NCBI GenBank assembly: GCA_963841735.1
Contig: CAWJDT010000004.1
Coordinates: 1 to 64,000, forward strand
Reading direction: 5' to 3'
Source of the DNA: an uncultured Actinomycetes bacterium
GTDB lineage: Bacteria; Actinomycetota; Thermoleophilia; RBG-16-64-13
Length of the DNA stretch: 64,000 bases
In this document: positions 9,736 through 25,326 of the stretch, one piece after another
Position numbering within the stretch: position 1 is the first letter of the stretch
How the letters are laid out: each line of letters starts with the position of its first letter
Notes under the pieces: model-generated
The model's database searches: none
The model's input: only the letters and a program-made list of their open reading frames with translations
Told to the model about the DNA's origin: nothing
Translations under genes and position numbers: made by a program

Positions 9736-11766
9736 ATGGCTGATGCGTTTCCAGAAGCGGCGGCTGAGGGCCGTGATATAGAGGAACTTTCTGTCGCCAC
9801 CATCCGCACTCTGGCGATCGATGGAGTCGAGAAGGCCAATTCGGGACATCCGGGCATGCCTCTGGGGGCGGCGCCTATGGCCCACGTCCTTTGGACCCGC
9901 CACCTGCGCTTCGATCCCGCCGACCCGGCGTGGCCGGATCGGGACCGTTTTGTGCTGAGCGCGGGACACGGCTCCATGCTTCTGTATGCCCTGCTACATC
10001 TGAGCGGCTTCGGTGTGACCATCGAAGAACTGGAGCACTTCCGGCAGTGGGGGAGCCGCACTCCTGGGCACCCCGAACATGGGTTGACTCCCGGCGTAGA
10101 GGCTACCACCGGTCCTCTCGGTGCGGGGTTTTCCAACAGCGTGGGCATGGCCATCGCAGAGACGTTTCTGGCAGCTACCTTCAACCGGCCCGGGCATACC
10201 ATGGTGGATCACCGCACCTTTGGCATCTTGGGTGACGGCTGCCTTATGGAGGGAGTGGCCGCGGAGGCTGCCTCATTGGCGGGTCACCTTGGCCTGGGCA
10301 AGCTGATCTATCTGTACGATGACAACCACATCACCATCGAGGGCAGTACCGATCTAGCCTTCACCGAAGACGTGGGGCGGCGCTTCGAGGCATACGGCTG
10401 GCAGGTAGTCACCGTGGACGACGGCAACGATTTGGAAGCTATCGATGAGGCCTTGAAGACCGCCTGCGCGGAGACGGCTAGGCCCTCACTTATCAAGGTA
10501 AGCACCGTGATCGGCTATGGCAGCCCGCACAAGGCCGGCACGGCCGATTGTCACGGCGCCCCGCTGGGCAAGGATGAGATGACGCTCACCAAGGAGGCGC
10601 TTGGATGGCCGGCCGGTGTTTCGTTCGCGGTGCCCGAGCGGGTGCGCGAGTGGTACGCGGCGGCCGCCGCCCGCGGGGCGGCGGCACGTGCCGGTTGGCA
10701 AGAGAGGTTCACCGGCTATGAGCTGGAGTACCCGGACCTTGCCCGGCAGTGGAAGGCTGCTTTGGCCGGGCAGCTTCCCGACGGCTGGAAGAGCAAGTTG
10801 CCCACGTTCGCGGCCGGGGAGAGCGTTGCCACTCGATCAGCTTCGGGCAAGGTGCTGAACGCGCTTGCTGCGCAGATCCCCACACTGATGGGCGGCTCGG
10901 CCGATCTGGCTCCCTCGAACAACAGCAATCTCGCGGGTTTGGGTGACTTCCAGGCCCGCAGTCCCGGTGGCCGCAACCTGCACTTCGGCGTGCGCGAGCA
11001 CGCCATGGGAGGCGTGCTCAACGGGCTCGCGTTGCACGGAGGGGTCTTCCCGTTCGGGGCTACGTTCTTCGTCTTCTCCGACTACATGCGGCCGGCCATA
11101 AGGCTGGCCGCCCTCTCTCACCTGCCGGTGACGTACGTCTTCACCCACGACAGCATCGCGCTGGGCGAAGACGGCCCCACGCACCAGCCGATCGAGCACC
11201 TGGCTTCGCTGCGGGCCATGCCGGGGCTGGTGGTCATCCGTCCCAGCGACGCCAACGAGACGGCCATGGCTTGGCGGGCGGCGCTTGAAAGGCGCGGAGG
11301 ACCGACGGCACTGGTGCTCAGCCGCCAGAACTTACCGGTGCTCGACCGCAAAGTGCTGGGTCATGCTGAGGGGCTGCTGAAAGGAGCCTATATCCTCAAG
11401 GACCCGCCGTGCGGCGTGCCTAGAGTGATCCTCATCGGCACCGGTTCGGAGGTGCATATCGCCCTGGAGGCGGCCCAGAAGCTCGCGGCACACGGGGTGG
11501 GTGCTCGAGTGGTGGCCATGCCGAGTTGGGAGCTATTTCAGGCGCAAAGCGCCGCCTATCGCGAGAAGGTTTTGCCTGCAAAGATCAAGGCGCGAGTGAC
11601 CTTGGAGGCCGGCTCCACTTTCGGGTGGGAACGTTTCGCGGGAGACGAGGGAATAGTGGTTGGTATCGATCGCTTTGGGGCGTCGGCGCCCGCGGGCGTG
11701 CTATACGAGAAGCTGGGACTGACTGTGGGCAAGGTGGTCAAGAGCGCCCTCGGGCTCATCGAATAG
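9736..11766 (+). CDS. tkt: Transketolase
   Basis: [53 protein letters not shown]; AAGGAG RBS before ATG 9736. Confidence 0.98.
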   Translation: MADAFPEAAAEGRDIEELSVATIRTLAIDGVEKANSGHPGMPLGAAPMAHVLWTRHLRFDPADPAWPDRDRFVLSAGHGSMLLYALLHLSGFGVTIEELEHFRQWGSRTPGHPEHGLTPGVEATTGPLGAGFSNSVGMAIAETFLAATFNRPGHTMVDHRTFGILGDGCLMEGVAAEAASLAGHLGLGKLIYLYDDNHITIEGSTDLAFTEDVGRRFEAYGWQVVTVDDGNDLEAIDEALKTACAETARPSLIKVSTVIGYGSPHKAGTADCHGAPLGKDEMTLTKEALGWPAGVSFAVPERVREWYAAAAARGAAARAGWQERFTGYELEYPDLARQWKAALAGQLPDGWKSKLPTFAAGESVATRSASGKVLNALAAQIPTLMGGSADLAPSNNSNLAGLGDFQARSPGGRNLHFGVREHAMGGVLNGLALHGGVFPFGATFFVFSDYMRPAIRLAALSHLPVTYVFTHDSIALGEDGPTHQPIEHLASLRAMPGLVVIRPSDANETAMAWRAALERRGGPTALVLSRQNLPVLDRKVLGHAEGLLKGAYILKDPPCGVPRVILIGTGSEVHIALEAAQKLAAHGVGARVVAMPSWELFQAQSAAYREKVLPAKIKARVTLEAGSTFGWERFAGDEGIVVGIDRFGASAPAGVLYEKLGLTVGKVVKSALGLIE

Positions 11767-11847
11767 TGGCGCAGGCGGTGTAGACGGAGCGGTTTGAAAT
11801 GGCGGCGCTGACTGGATGCGTGGACGGAGTTAGCTAAGAAAGGGCTG

Positions 11848-12426
11848 GTGAGCGCGGTGCCTGGCGTTGACGGAGAGCAAGGCCACAAGTCGAAGGTCCT
11901 CCTGGACTCGGAGCAGATCGGGCGCACCCTTGCCAGAATGACGCACGAGATGGCAGAGCAGGTACCCGACCTGGCCGGTTTGGTCCTGGTGGGCATTCAG
12001 AGCGGCGGCGTCGAATTGGCCGCACGCCTGGCGGTGCTTTTCAAGACGTTCTATGGGGTCGAGCCTCCCACGGGGGCCATAGACATCACCTTCTATCGCG
12101 ATGACCTGGATGTGCGTCTGGGCAAGGAGTACGGGCAGCCGAAGGTCCACTCCACCGACCTGCCCTTCGACATCAGCGAGAAGACGGTGGTGCTGGTGGA
12201 CGACGTGCTCTACACGGGCCGGACGATAAGGGCGGCAATCGACGCCCTCTTCGACTATGGGCGCCCTGTGGCCATCCGCTTAGCCGTCCTGGTCGACCGG
12301 GGGCACCGTGATCTTCCCATCCGACCCGACTTTGTGGGCAAGAACGTTCCGACCAGCCGCAGCGAGCGGGTGGGGGTCCGGCTGGTGGAGGACGGCGGGG
12401 CGGACGAGGTGGTCATCGAGGAGTAA
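11848..12426 (+). CDS. pyrR: Bifunctional pyr operon regulator / uracil phosphoribosyltransferase PyrR
   Basis: [47 protein letters not shown]. Confidence 0.97.
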   Translation: MSAVPGVDGEQGHKSKVLLDSEQIGRTLARMTHEMAEQVPDLAGLVLVGIQSGGVELAARLAVLFKTFYGVEPPTGAIDITFYRDDLDVRLGKEYGQPKVHSTDLPFDISEKTVVLVDDVLYTGRTIRAAIDALFDYGRPVAIRLAVLVDRGHRDLPIRPDFVGKNVPTSRSERVGVRLVEDGGADEVVIEE

Positions 12427-12491
12427 CGAGCGGTTCCGCTGCTTGGGAGCGGCCCGCAGGGGGGTTGCTGGAGTCGCCGGCCGCAGCGCGA

Positions 12492-12544
12492 TACAATCGT
12501 CCAAGGTAACGAACCTTTAAACGTGTCCTGTGAGACCGAAAGGG
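12492..12544 (+). promoter_or_regulatory. -10 box (TACAAT) plus PyrR-binding RNA hairpin overlapping the pyrB RBS
   Basis: ACCTTTAAACGTGTCCTGTGAGACCGAAAGGG at 12513-12544; CNGNGA hexaloop, CCTTT/AAAGG stem; ATG 7 nt downstream. Confidence 0.88.
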
Positions 12545-12551
12545 TAGTGAT

Positions 12552-13472
12552 ATGCACCTCATCTCCATTGATGATCTCACCACCGCCGACATTGAGAACC
12601 TGTTCAATCTGAGCGACGGTTTTCTGGAGATCGCGTCCCGTTCCATCAAGAAAGTACCCACGCTGCGCGGGCGGACCGTGGTGAACGTCTTCCTGGAGCC
12701 CTCCACCCGCACCCAGTCGTCGTTCGAGCTGGCGGGCAAACGCCTTTCGGCCGACGTGATCAACATCAAGAACTCCTCCTCGAGTGTGTCCAAAGGGGAG
12801 AGTCTGAAAGACACCATCCTGACTCTGGAGAGCTACCGGCCCGATATCCTCGTCATGCGCCACCCCCAGGTAGGGGCGTCGCGGATGGCCACCCGCTACA
12901 CCAACGCTTCGGTGGTCAATGCGGGCGACGGCACGGGCGAGCATCCCACTCAGTGCCTGCTTGACCTGTACAGCCTGCGACGCGTGTTCGGCCAGCTCGA
13001 GGGGCTCAAAGTGGCCATCGTGGGCGATATCCTACGCAGCCGGGTGGCCCGTTCCGATCTGTTCGGCTTTCGCAAGATGGGCATCGACGTGCGCCTGGTC
13101 GGCCCGCCCACTCTCATGCCCCCTGGTATCGAGTACTGGGACGTACCTGTATACAACGATCTCGCGGCTCTGGAAGACGTGGACGTCATCTATTTGCTGC
13201 GCATGCAACTGGAGCGCGCAAAGGGAAAGGTGCCGCCGGTGCCCTCCCTGCGCGAGTACAGCAGGATATGGGGGCTTTCGCCCCACCGGGTGAGACCGGG
13301 CCAGAAGGTCATGCATCCAGGGCCCATCAACCGGGGAGTCGAATTGTCGGCCGATCTGGCCGATGACGAGCGCTCTCTGATATTGCATCAAGTGGAATCC
13401 GGGCTGGCTGTGCGCATGGCCATCCTGTACCAATGCCTGGCAGGGAGTCTCAGCGAAGAGCCCGCCGCGTAG
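12552..13472 (+). CDS. pyrB: Aspartate carbamoyltransferase catalytic subunit
   Basis: EPSTRT, SSVSKGESLKDT, NAGDGTGEHPTQ, MHPGPINRGVE. Confidence 0.98.
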   Translation: MHLISIDDLTTADIENLFNLSDGFLEIASRSIKKVPTLRGRTVVNVFLEPSTRTQSSFELAGKRLSADVINIKNSSSSVSKGESLKDTILTLESYRPDILVMRHPQVGASRMATRYTNASVVNAGDGTGEHPTQCLLDLYSLRRVFGQLEGLKVAIVGDILRSRVARSDLFGFRKMGIDVRLVGPPTLMPPGIEYWDVPVYNDLAALEDVDVIYLLRMQLERAKGKVPPVPSLREYSRIWGLSPHRVRPGQKVMHPGPINRGVELSADLADDERSLILHQVESGLAVRMAILYQCLAGSLSEEPAA

Positions 13473-13559
13473 TCCCGCGTAATCCCCTACCGAGAACGCA
13501 GACCCCCCGCGTAGACTAACGCCCTCGAAACCGGGGCACTCACGGAGAGGAAGACAGAA

Positions 13560-17248
<3,689 letters not shown>

Positions 17249-17260
17249 ACCTAGGGCTGC

Positions 17261-17683
17261 GTGTCAAAGGAGGCTATGTTGTATTCAGGGGCCAGCCGGG
17301 TATTGCGGGGTCTAGGCCGTGCCGTCACGGCGGTCGGTTTCTTGTTGTTCTGGGTTAGATTCTTTGTGGTCGCTTTCTCGGAGGGCGATCCCATGCCGGC
17401 CGCACTGGGGCAGACTGGTTTTGTTCTGGCGGCCGCCGGATGTCTGGGGCTGGCAGTGATAGTCGGACTGCTCTTTCCCCCGAGTCCCAAAGTGGGAGTG
17501 GATGTCATCATGGGTTTGGCCTGTGTGCTGACCGGGCTGACCGGTTTGCTGCTAGTCCTCCGGGATGCGGGCATACACGTTGGACAGGCATATTCTGTGA
17601 TCACCTCTGTCGTGTTGATAGTGGGAGGTTTCGGTCTGGCTTTCATTTCCGTTGTGCGTCCACGACAGAAGGGGAGGAGATGA
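17261..17683 (+). CDS. Hypothetical membrane protein (about 4 TM segments)
   Basis: Four hydrophobic stretches; stop overlaps the osmC start; start may be ATG 17276. Confidence 0.6.
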   Translation: MSKEAMLYSGASRVLRGLGRAVTAVGFLLFWVRFFVVAFSEGDPMPAALGQTGFVLAAAGCLGLAVIVGLLFPPSPKVGVDVIMGLACVLTGLTGLLLVLRDAGIHVGQAYSVITSVVLIVGGFGLAFISVVRPRQKGRR

Positions 17684-18105
17684 TGCCGGTACGCAGATCA
17701 GAAGCGGTCTGGGAGGGCACGCTCAAAGAGGGCAGCGGAGCCATGAAGTTGGCGAGCGGCTTGTATGAGGGTCCCTACACTTACTCATCTCGTTTTGAAG
17801 AAGCCGCGGGGACCAATCCCGAGGAGCTGATCGGCGCAGCCCACGCGGGCTGCTTCTCCATGTTCCTGTCGGCGTTACTGACGGAAAAGGGCTACCCTCC
17901 GGTGCGCATACACACCACAGCGGCGGTGCATCTGGGGGCTGGTCCGGAGATCAAGAAGATCGACTTGGAGTGCGAGGCGACGGTGGCTGGGGTGGGCGAG
18001 GCTGAGTTCTTGGAACTCGCGGACGCGGCTAAGGCCGGTTGCCCTGTGTCAAAGGCCCTCGCGGCGGTGCCGGAGATCACTCTGAGCGCCAAGCTGGTGA
18101 GCTAG
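17683..18105 (+). CDS. osmC: OsmC family peroxiredoxin
   Basis: SRFEEAAGTNPEELIGAAHAGCFSM and AKAGCPVSKAL; GGAGG RBS. Confidence 0.93.
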   Translation: MPVRRSEAVWEGTLKEGSGAMKLASGLYEGPYTYSSRFEEAAGTNPEELIGAAHAGCFSMFLSALLTEKGYPPVRIHTTAAVHLGAGPEIKKIDLECEATVAGVGEAEFLELADAAKAGCPVSKALAAVPEITLSAKLVS

Positions 18106-18148
18106 CCCGACTTTGAGTGCCCACAGCGGCCGACGGGCCACCGCGGAA

Positions 18149-18874
18149 ATGCCCGAATACTCCGTGAGGGTGAGCCTGCGGGCGCGGCACGTTCGCCTAG
18201 TGATGAGGCTCGACCGCGGGTTGGAGGTGGTGGTACCGCGGGGTTTCAGGCAGCGCCATATCCCGGAGTTGGTGGAGAGCAAGAGGGAGTGGATCGAGCG
18301 GGCCTCAGCGCGCATGGAAGCCCGACGACAGCGGCTTGATGCGGATCCTCCGGGACTTCCGGATCGCGTCGTTCTACCGGCATTGGGTGAAGAGTGGGCG
18401 GTGGAGTATCGCCGCGGAAGTGCGGCGGCCGGGGCGGTTGCACGGGAAAGCGCTGGGCGCTTGGTTGTCACGGGCGACGCCGATGACTTCGACGCGTGTA
18501 GGCAGGCGCTCTGCCGCTGGCTTGTCCGCAGGGCCCGGCGGACGCTGTTGCCCCGGCTGGCGGTGGTCAGCTATGAGCACCAGCTGTCGTATGCTCGGGC
18601 GTCGGTGCGGCAGCAACGCACTCGGTGGGGCAGTTGCTCACGGAAGAAGACCATCTCTCTGAACGCGCGCCTGCTGCTCCTGCCGGCGGAGGTGGTGGAC
18701 TACGTGCTTGTCCACGAGCTTTGTCACACGTTGGAGATGAACCACTCACCGCGTTTCTGGGCTCTGGTGGAGTCTCATGACCCGGAATACCGGGTTCACA
18801 AGAAGCTGTTGCGAACGGAGGGCAAGGCGATCCCCACTTGGCTCGATCACAATCCGGCTACGCCGGTGGAGTAA
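18149..18874 (+). CDS. YgjP/DUF45-like zinc metallopeptidase (M48/SprT-like)
   Basis: QRTRWGSCS, LNARLLLLP, DYVLVHELCHTLEMNHSPRFW (HExxH). Confidence 0.9.
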   Translation: MPEYSVRVSLRARHVRLVMRLDRGLEVVVPRGFRQRHIPELVESKREWIERASARMEARRQRLDADPPGLPDRVVLPALGEEWAVEYRRGSAAAGAVARESAGRLVVTGDADDFDACRQALCRWLVRRARRTLLPRLAVVSYEHQLSYARASVRQQRTRWGSCSRKKTISLNARLLLLPAEVVDYVLVHELCHTLEMNHSPRFWALVESHDPEYRVHKKLLRTEGKAIPTWLDHNPATPVE

Positions 18875-18899
18875 CCTAGACCCGCCCGTCCATCCGCGC

Positions 18900-18943
18900 T
18901 ACCATAAGACGACCTTTAAACGAGTCCTGTGAGACCGAAAGGA
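18900..18943 (+). promoter_or_regulatory. -10 box (TACCAT) plus PyrR-binding RNA hairpin overlapping the pyrC RBS
   Basis: ACCTTTAAACGAGTCCTGTGAGACCGAAAGGA at 18912-18943, 30/32 identical to the pyrB copy; ATG 6 nt downstream. Confidence 0.9.
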
Positions 18944-18949
18944 ACTTGG

Positions 18950-20404
18950 ATGGACACCAGCCCGCGTCCTTCCGCGCCCAGACTTGCCTGCCGCGCGTTG
19001 CCCCCCGAACGATTCCTGATTTCAGGCGTGCACCTTTTCGATCCTCAGCACGGGGTGGACCTTGAGGGTGACCTGCTAATCGAAGACGGCAAGATCGCCG
19101 CACTGGGAGCGGGGGTGGAGCGCCCCGCGGGAGTGGAGGTGCTCACGGACCTCGCCGGCTGCATTGTGTTCCCGGGGCTCGTCGATCCGCACGCGCACCT
19201 GCGCACTCCTGGCTTTGAATACAAAGAAGACCTGGCCTCGGGGTCGCTGGCCGCCGCGGCGGGGGGATACGTCACTGTGGTGGCCATGGCCAACACCGAC
19301 CCGGTGATCGACTCGGGGCCGGTCGCGTCCTGGGTGCTGGAACAGGCGGGCAAAGACGCCGTCGTCCGGGTGGGGCAGGTCGGGGCAGTAAGCAAGCAGC
19401 TCAAGGGCGAAGAACTGGCCGAGATGCGCGAACTGGCCGAAGCTGGGGTGGTCGCCTTCTCCGACGACGGCAAACCCATCGCCGACGCCGACCTGCTGCT
19501 GCACGCCCTGCGCTATGCCCGGGGCACCGGCCGCGTCTTGCTGCTGCACCTCGAGAACAAGAGCCTGTCCATGGACGGAGTCATGCACGAGGGCAAGTGG
19601 AGCGCGAGGCTGGGACTGCGCGGCATTCCCGCGGTGTGTGAATCGGGCCCACTGGCCCGCGACTTGGAGATAGTCCGGTATGTCGCGGCCGAAGATAAGC
19701 GGCTGGCGGCCGGGCGAGGCGCCGTTGCCGCTTCCGCAGGCACTGCCGCCAGCGCGGCGTCGCCGGGCGCCGGCGCGCAGCCCGGCGGCCCCTTGGTGCA
19801 CTTCCAACATCTCTCGGCGGCTGAAAGCGTGCACCTGCTGCGCCGGGCCAAGGAGGAGGGGCTGCCGGTGACCGCCGAGGTGCAGCCGTTGCACCTAGTG
19901 CTTACCGACGAGCGGCTGGGCGGCTTCGACCAGAATCTCAAGGTCAACCCACCCATCCGGTCGGAGGCCGATCGGCAAGCCCTAGTGGCAGCCCTGGCCG
20001 ACGGCACCATAGACTGTGTGGGCAGCGACCATGCTCCGCACGCGCAGCAGGAGAAAGAAGTACCTATCGAGGAGGCGGCGTGGGGCAGCACCGGCTTGGA
20101 GACGGCCTTCGCCGCGCTTCATACCAAGCTGGTGCTCACCGGGGCTCTACCGCTGGCCCGACTGGTGGAAGCCATGTCGGGGGCTCCCTGCCGCGTTCTG
20201 GGCCTGCCCGAGCCGCGGCTGGCCGTGGGGGCAACCGCCGACTTCTGTGTGGCCGATCTGAAAGAGATCTGGGAGGTCACTCCGGCCACCCTGCGCGGCA
20301 AGAGCCGCAACTGTGCCCTGCTGGGCGAGACACTCACCGGCCGGGTGCGGCTGACGGTGGTAGACGGGGCGCGCCGCTTCGCGCGCGCCCGGGGGGAGGC
20401 CTGA
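18950..20404 (+). CDS. pyrC: Dihydroorotase (type I)
   Basis: [44 protein letters not shown]. Confidence 0.95.
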   Translation: MDTSPRPSAPRLACRALPPERFLISGVHLFDPQHGVDLEGDLLIEDGKIAALGAGVERPAGVEVLTDLAGCIVFPGLVDPHAHLRTPGFEYKEDLASGSLAAAAGGYVTVVAMANTDPVIDSGPVASWVLEQAGKDAVVRVGQVGAVSKQLKGEELAEMRELAEAGVVAFSDDGKPIADADLLLHALRYARGTGRVLLLHLENKSLSMDGVMHEGKWSARLGLRGIPAVCESGPLARDLEIVRYVAAEDKRLAAGRGAVAASAGTAASAASPGAGAQPGGPLVHFQHLSAAESVHLLRRAKEEGLPVTAEVQPLHLVLTDERLGGFDQNLKVNPPIRSEADRQALVAALADGTIDCVGSDHAPHAQQEKEVPIEEAAWGSTGLETAFAALHTKLVLTGALPLARLVEAMSGAPCRVLGLPEPRLAVGATADFCVADLKEIWEVTPATLRGKSRNCALLGETLTGRVRLTVVDGARRFARARGEA

Positions 20405-21661
20405 TGTATCGCGGAGACGTGCCCGGTTACGTGGTGCTCAAGGATGGCACCGTATTCTCCGGATTCGGTTTCGGGGCCCAGGGGAAGGTGTTGGGCGAGG
20501 TGGTGTTCAACACCAGCATGAGCGGATACCAGGAGATCGCCACCGATCCCTCTTACCACGGGCAGATGGTCACCTTCACGTACCCGCTCATAGGCAACTA
20601 CGGGGCCGCGGATCATCTGCTCGAATCGAACAAGGTCCACTCCAGGGCGATCATAGTGCGGGAGGCCAAGAACACCGCTTGGAACGCCACTTGCACGGAG
20701 CCTTGGATCGACTGGCTGGCTGCGCGGGACATCGTGGGTGTAGGCGGCATCGACACCCGGGCGCTCACGCGGCGCATCCGCGAACAGGGTGCTATGACGG
20801 CTTGTGTGGCCGCGGGGCCCGACTTGGACCCCAGCGAACTGTTGGCGGCGACACGCTCGGCGCCCGACATGACCGGGCAAGACCTGGCCAGCGCCGTCAC
20901 GTGCAGCGAGCCGTACGAGTGGTCCCCGGCGTTTGATGCCCAGCCCGCGACCGGGGCCGCCGGCCCCGCGGAGCCGGGCTCCGGCGGTGCGGCAGATCCC
21001 GCGGTGGGGACTCGGTTCCGGGTGGTGGCCTACGACTATGGCATCAAGAGGAGCATTCTTAGACGTCTAAGCGCTGTCGGCTGCGCGGTCACGGTGGTGC
21101 CGGCCGGTTGGACGGCGGAGCAGACCCTGGCTATGAAGCCCGACGGGGTGTTCCTTTCCAACGGTCCTGGAGACCCTGCCGCGGTGGGATACGCGGTGGA
21201 GACCATTCGGCGGGCTGGTGGGCAAAGTGCCGGTCTTCGGCATCTGCCTGGGGCATCAGTTGCTGTCCTTGGCTCTGGGACTGTCGACCTACAAGCTCAA
21301 GTTCGGCCATCGGGGCGCCAACCATCCGGTGCGGGACTACCTCACCGGGAAGGTGGAGATCACCAGCCAGAACCACGGTTTCGCCGTGGAGCCGCCCGCG
21401 GTGGTGCGTGAGGCGCTCGAGCGGGGCTCGGTTGTGGGCGAGGGCGGAGTGGCCGGCCTGAAGGCCGAGGACATGGTGCTCGACTCTCGGTTCGGCGCGG
21501 TTCAGATGACGCATCTCAACCTCAACGATGGCACGGTGGAGGGCCTGCGGCTGCTCGACCTCCCGGCCTACTCGGTGCAGTACCATCCCGAGGCCGGTCC
21601 GGGACCGCACGACAGCCGTTACCTGTTCGATAGGTTCGTCGATTTGATGCAGGGAGTCTGA
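20404..21661 (+). CDS. carA: Carbamoyl-phosphate synthase small subunit (one frameshift near 21212)
   Basis: [29 protein letters not shown], then [35 protein letters not shown]; TGATG-coupled to pyrC. Confidence 0.95.
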
Positions 21662-21677
21662 CGCAGGGAGGTTGACC

Positions 21678-22143
21678 ATGTTGGCAGCAGGCGACAGGGC
21701 GCCGCTCTTCGTGGCGCCGGGTACCGACGGTGACATCGACCTGGGGGCGATGCTGAGGGAAGGGCCGGTGGTGCTCTACTTCTTCCCGCGGGCTCTGACT
21801 TCGGGCTGCACGATGGAGGCCAGAGAGTTCAACCAGCTGCTTCCTGAATTCGAGGCTTGGGCGTCAAGGTGGTGGGCATCTCGGTGGATCCAGTCGCGCG
21901 GCTGCAGAAGTTCCGCGACGAGCTCGATCTCAAGTTCCCGCTCGTCAGGGACCTACGATCGGGCCATCGGCACCCTGTACGGCACTCTCAAGGGCGATCT
22001 CACCAGCTTCCCACGAGCGCGACACCGTGCTCGTCGGCAAGGACGTGACCATCCTGCTCGCCTACCAAGGGGTGAGCGCCCAGGGTCACGCGGCCGCGGT
22101 GCTGGCCGAGACCAAGAGCCTTCACGACCAGGGCGACCTGTAG
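21678..22143 (+). CDS. bcp: BCP/PrxQ-type peroxiredoxin (frameshifts near 21857, 21950, 22013)
   Basis: VVLYFFPRALTSGCTMEAREF; GVKVVGISVD in the next frame; ends SAQGHAAAVL...DL stop; GGAGG RBS. Confidence 0.8.
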
Positions 22144-22159
22144 CGTGCGAGGGAGGAGG

Positions 22160-23644
22160 GTGCGGGCCGCCGAGACAGAGGCGCGTCGCAGGCGAGCCGC
22201 GTGGGCCGTCGTGGGGCTGTGTCTGACGGTCTTGATGCTCGGGTACATCCGTCATGCCGGCGTCGGCGGTCACCGGTGGGTCGGTCGACTTCGACGTGGT
22301 GGTCTACGGCACCCAGACGTCGGGCTTGCCGCTGTGGCGGAACTGACGGCCGGGGCGCCGCATCTGCGCGTCGCCCTCATCTCCTCGGGTGACTATCTTG
22401 AGTCACCCCTGGCCCAGGGGCTCGGGGCCGAAGATGCCTCTCGAGCCCGGTCGGGTGGCGGGAGGCTTCTACGAGGAGTGGCGCCGTGCGGTCATCCGCT
22501 ACTACGCGCGAGATGGCCAGAGGGCGTTCACTTCGAGCGGTCGGCTGGTCTACGCGCCCGAGGTGGCCGCCCGGGCCTTGCGGTCTGTGGCCGGGCTGGG
22601 CGAGGAGAACAGGGTGGTCGTGTACGCGGCCGACCTGGTAGCCGCGAGTGACGAGGGGGAGAGCGCTACGTAGACATCAGCGTCGCGGGGGGAGGCGTCC
22701 TGCGTCTTGCACACTCGCTTCTTCATCGACGCGAGCACCGAGGGCGACCTGGCCCGGGCGCTCGGCGCCGACTACCGGATCGGACGGGACGAGACCGTGT
22801 ACAACGATGTCACTGGTCCGGAACCCGGCTATCCAGCCAGCCGAGAACGGCTTCGTCACCGCTCCCCAGAGGTACTCGGCGCTTCTCACCCTGCAGGTGC
22901 ACGCCGGCGGCCCGGCCCCCGCCATCGCCGGCGCCGCCATCCCCGGCTACGATGGGTCGGGCTACGCGGCCACCACTCTCTCCCAGGCCAAGATAGAGGG
23001 CTTCGCCAGCAGCTGGACGATGAACATCGCCGTGCTACCCAATGACAGACGGGAACTCAACGAGGCTTGGAGCGACTGGCCGGATGTGGGCCTCTGTCTT
23101 TCGCGTGGGTGTTCGAACCTGCCAGGCGGGAGGAGTTGCGGCGCATGGTGGCCTCTCGGGCCATCGACTTGGTCAGGTATCTGCAGGAGCACGGATACCC
23201 GGAATTGGGGATAGCCTCGGTTCCTGAGTATCTCTATGTTCGCGAGGGGCCGCGGATCGTGGGCCGGGACACCTACACCTCCGGTGACGTCGCCGAAGAG
23301 GCCAAACGCGAGCGCCGTGGCTATCGGCTGCTACTGCGAGTACGACAGGCATGACGCGTTTGCGCCAGGGCCAGATCGACACCACTCGCTACGTCTTCGT
23401 TCCGATGGGGGCGCTGCTGCCCGCCGGCCACCCGGGGCTGGTGGTGTCCACGGCGGTTTCCGCCGACTTCCGGGCCTATTCCTCGGCGGTGCGGATGGAG
23501 CACACCCGAGCCCACATGGGGGGCGCGGCGGGAGTGATCGTAGTCATGGCCGACCGGCTCGGGCTGGAGCCGGGCGAAGTGCCGTACGGACCGGTGCGGG
23601 CGAAGCTGCTCGAACGAGGATACCGCCTGGATCTTTGGGAGTGA
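22160..23644 (+). CDS. Secreted/membrane-anchored FAD-dependent oxidoreductase (multiple frameshifts)
   Basis: Pieces across frames: N-terminal TM, DFDVVVYGTQTSGLAA, GGFYEEWRR, FFIDASTEGDLARALGADYRIGRD, LYVREGPRIVG, VPMGALLP, AYSSAVRMEH. Confidence 0.7.
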
Positions 23645-23689
23645 GCGCGGGACCGCGGGCCGTCAAGGTCCGGTCCCGCCGGCGGGACT

Positions 23690-25226
23690 TCAATCCTTCT
23701 TGATGTCGGCGAGACGCTCCTGCGCCCGGCCGCCGCCGCCGGCGATGAGCGTCTCATAGCTTGGGATCGTATATACCCGGATCGTGTTGTCGAGAAAATC
23801 GGAAAAGGCCAGGTACTTGCCGTCGGGGGAGACATCCAGCCCGGTGCACTGGTTGCCGCCCACGATGGCGTCCAGGATCTCGCCGGTCGCCGTGTCGACT
23901 ACCAGGACGTCGCCCCATTCCGGCCCCGCGACGTAGTAGTTGGTCGCGGAGAAGTCCTTGCCCCGGTTGGAGATGTAGAGCACCTTGCCGTCGGGGGAGA
24001 GGTCGATGGTGTTGGGATGTTGGTCGGTGTCGCACAGCTTCGTCACCTTCTCGGTGGCGAGGTCCATCACGTAGACCTCGTTGAGGATGAGATCGTCGAT
24101 GTACAGCAGGCCGCGGGCCTCGTCGGCCACGAAATGCCGCAGAGTGTCGGCGTCGTATACGGTCGTGCTCTTGTCCCGTCGCGAGATCGAAGCGCTGGAG
24201 CTCTCCGTTCTTGAACCCGGATACATAGAGGCGTTTGCCGTCGGCGGTGCAGTACAGACCCCGGGGGTTCACCGCTGTTTTCAACAGCCTGACCAACTTG
24301 CCCGTGGTCAAATCGATCTCAGAAACGTCATTGCTTACCCAGTTGGAGGCCCACAACGTCTTCTCGTCGGGAGAAAGCTCCAGAAACTTGGTCCAGTTTC
24401 CCTTAGTGTTGAACTGGCGCTTGACTTCGCGGGTGGCGGCATCGATTTCGAACACCAAGCCGGTGCTCATCTGGCTGGTGTAGACGGTCTTGCCGTCTTC
24501 GGTGAAGATTACCTCGACGGCTTCTCCGCCCAGCTTAACCTCGTCGATCTTGGTCCCGGAATACGGGTCGAATATCTCTACACCATTGCCTTCGAGCAGC
24601 GACACCCACAGCTCCTTGCCGTCAGGGGAGAAGACCACCTGCTTGGGCTCGACGCCGCACTTGAAGCGGACCAAGGTCTCCAAGCAGCTGCCCCTCGGGA
24701 TCGAGCCATACTTCGAACGAGGTGTCGGCCGGTGAGCGGGACGGTTTGGAACTTCGGGTTGTAGCCCTGCTTGGTGAAGTCCACCCGGATGTTGCCCCCA
24801 GGCACTGCCCCGGTGAACGGCGTGGCGCCGTTCATGGTGGTGCCGTCCTGCAGGGTGATGGTGAAATCGACCGCCTCGGGCGAGGCCTTGATGGTGAGTT
24901 CCTGCGGGGCCAGGTTGGGGCTGAAGACGGTGGTGGTCGTGGTGCTCGGCGGGTGTGGGAGTGCTGACGTCCGGATCGTCGCCCTCGGAGGTCAACGTCG
25001 AGCCGCCGCCGGCGTCAACCGCTGACGCGGACGAAGTGCTCGCCGGCGTTCGACTCTCCGCCCGCGACCAGCCTGGAGACGCCGTACCCAAGGGCTGCCA
25101 GCACCACCAGCACCAGGAATGAGCGCCAAGGCTCGGCGACGCGCGTAGATCCGGCGGGAATCGCCGAGCCCTGCCCAGTTCCTGTCGGCCGCGCGGTCGC
25201 GGAGACGGCTGACGAGGTTTGTCCAT
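23690..25226 (-). CDS. Membrane-anchored YncE/YVTN-type beta-propeller protein with probable PEGA domain (multiple frameshifts)
   Basis: Repeats PKQVVFSPDGKELWVS, LSPDEKTLWASNW, PNTIDLSPDGKVLYISNRG, TGLDVSPDGKYLAFSD; TM and Thr/Ser linker; GATPF...FTKQGY segment. Confidence 0.75.
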
Positions 25227-25326
25227 GGCCAGATGATAGCGGATTGCCACCGGCCTGGAGACAAGTCCGCCGCTGCTGGAGGACGCCGGCTTGCATTCCT
25301 CTGGCGGCATGTGAGACGTTCTATGC

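Noticed and set aside
13465-13513. Three CCGCGTA copies upstream of nifJ as an operator
   Set aside because: Short, GC-rich and irregularly spaced; one overlaps the pyrB stop and one the -10 box
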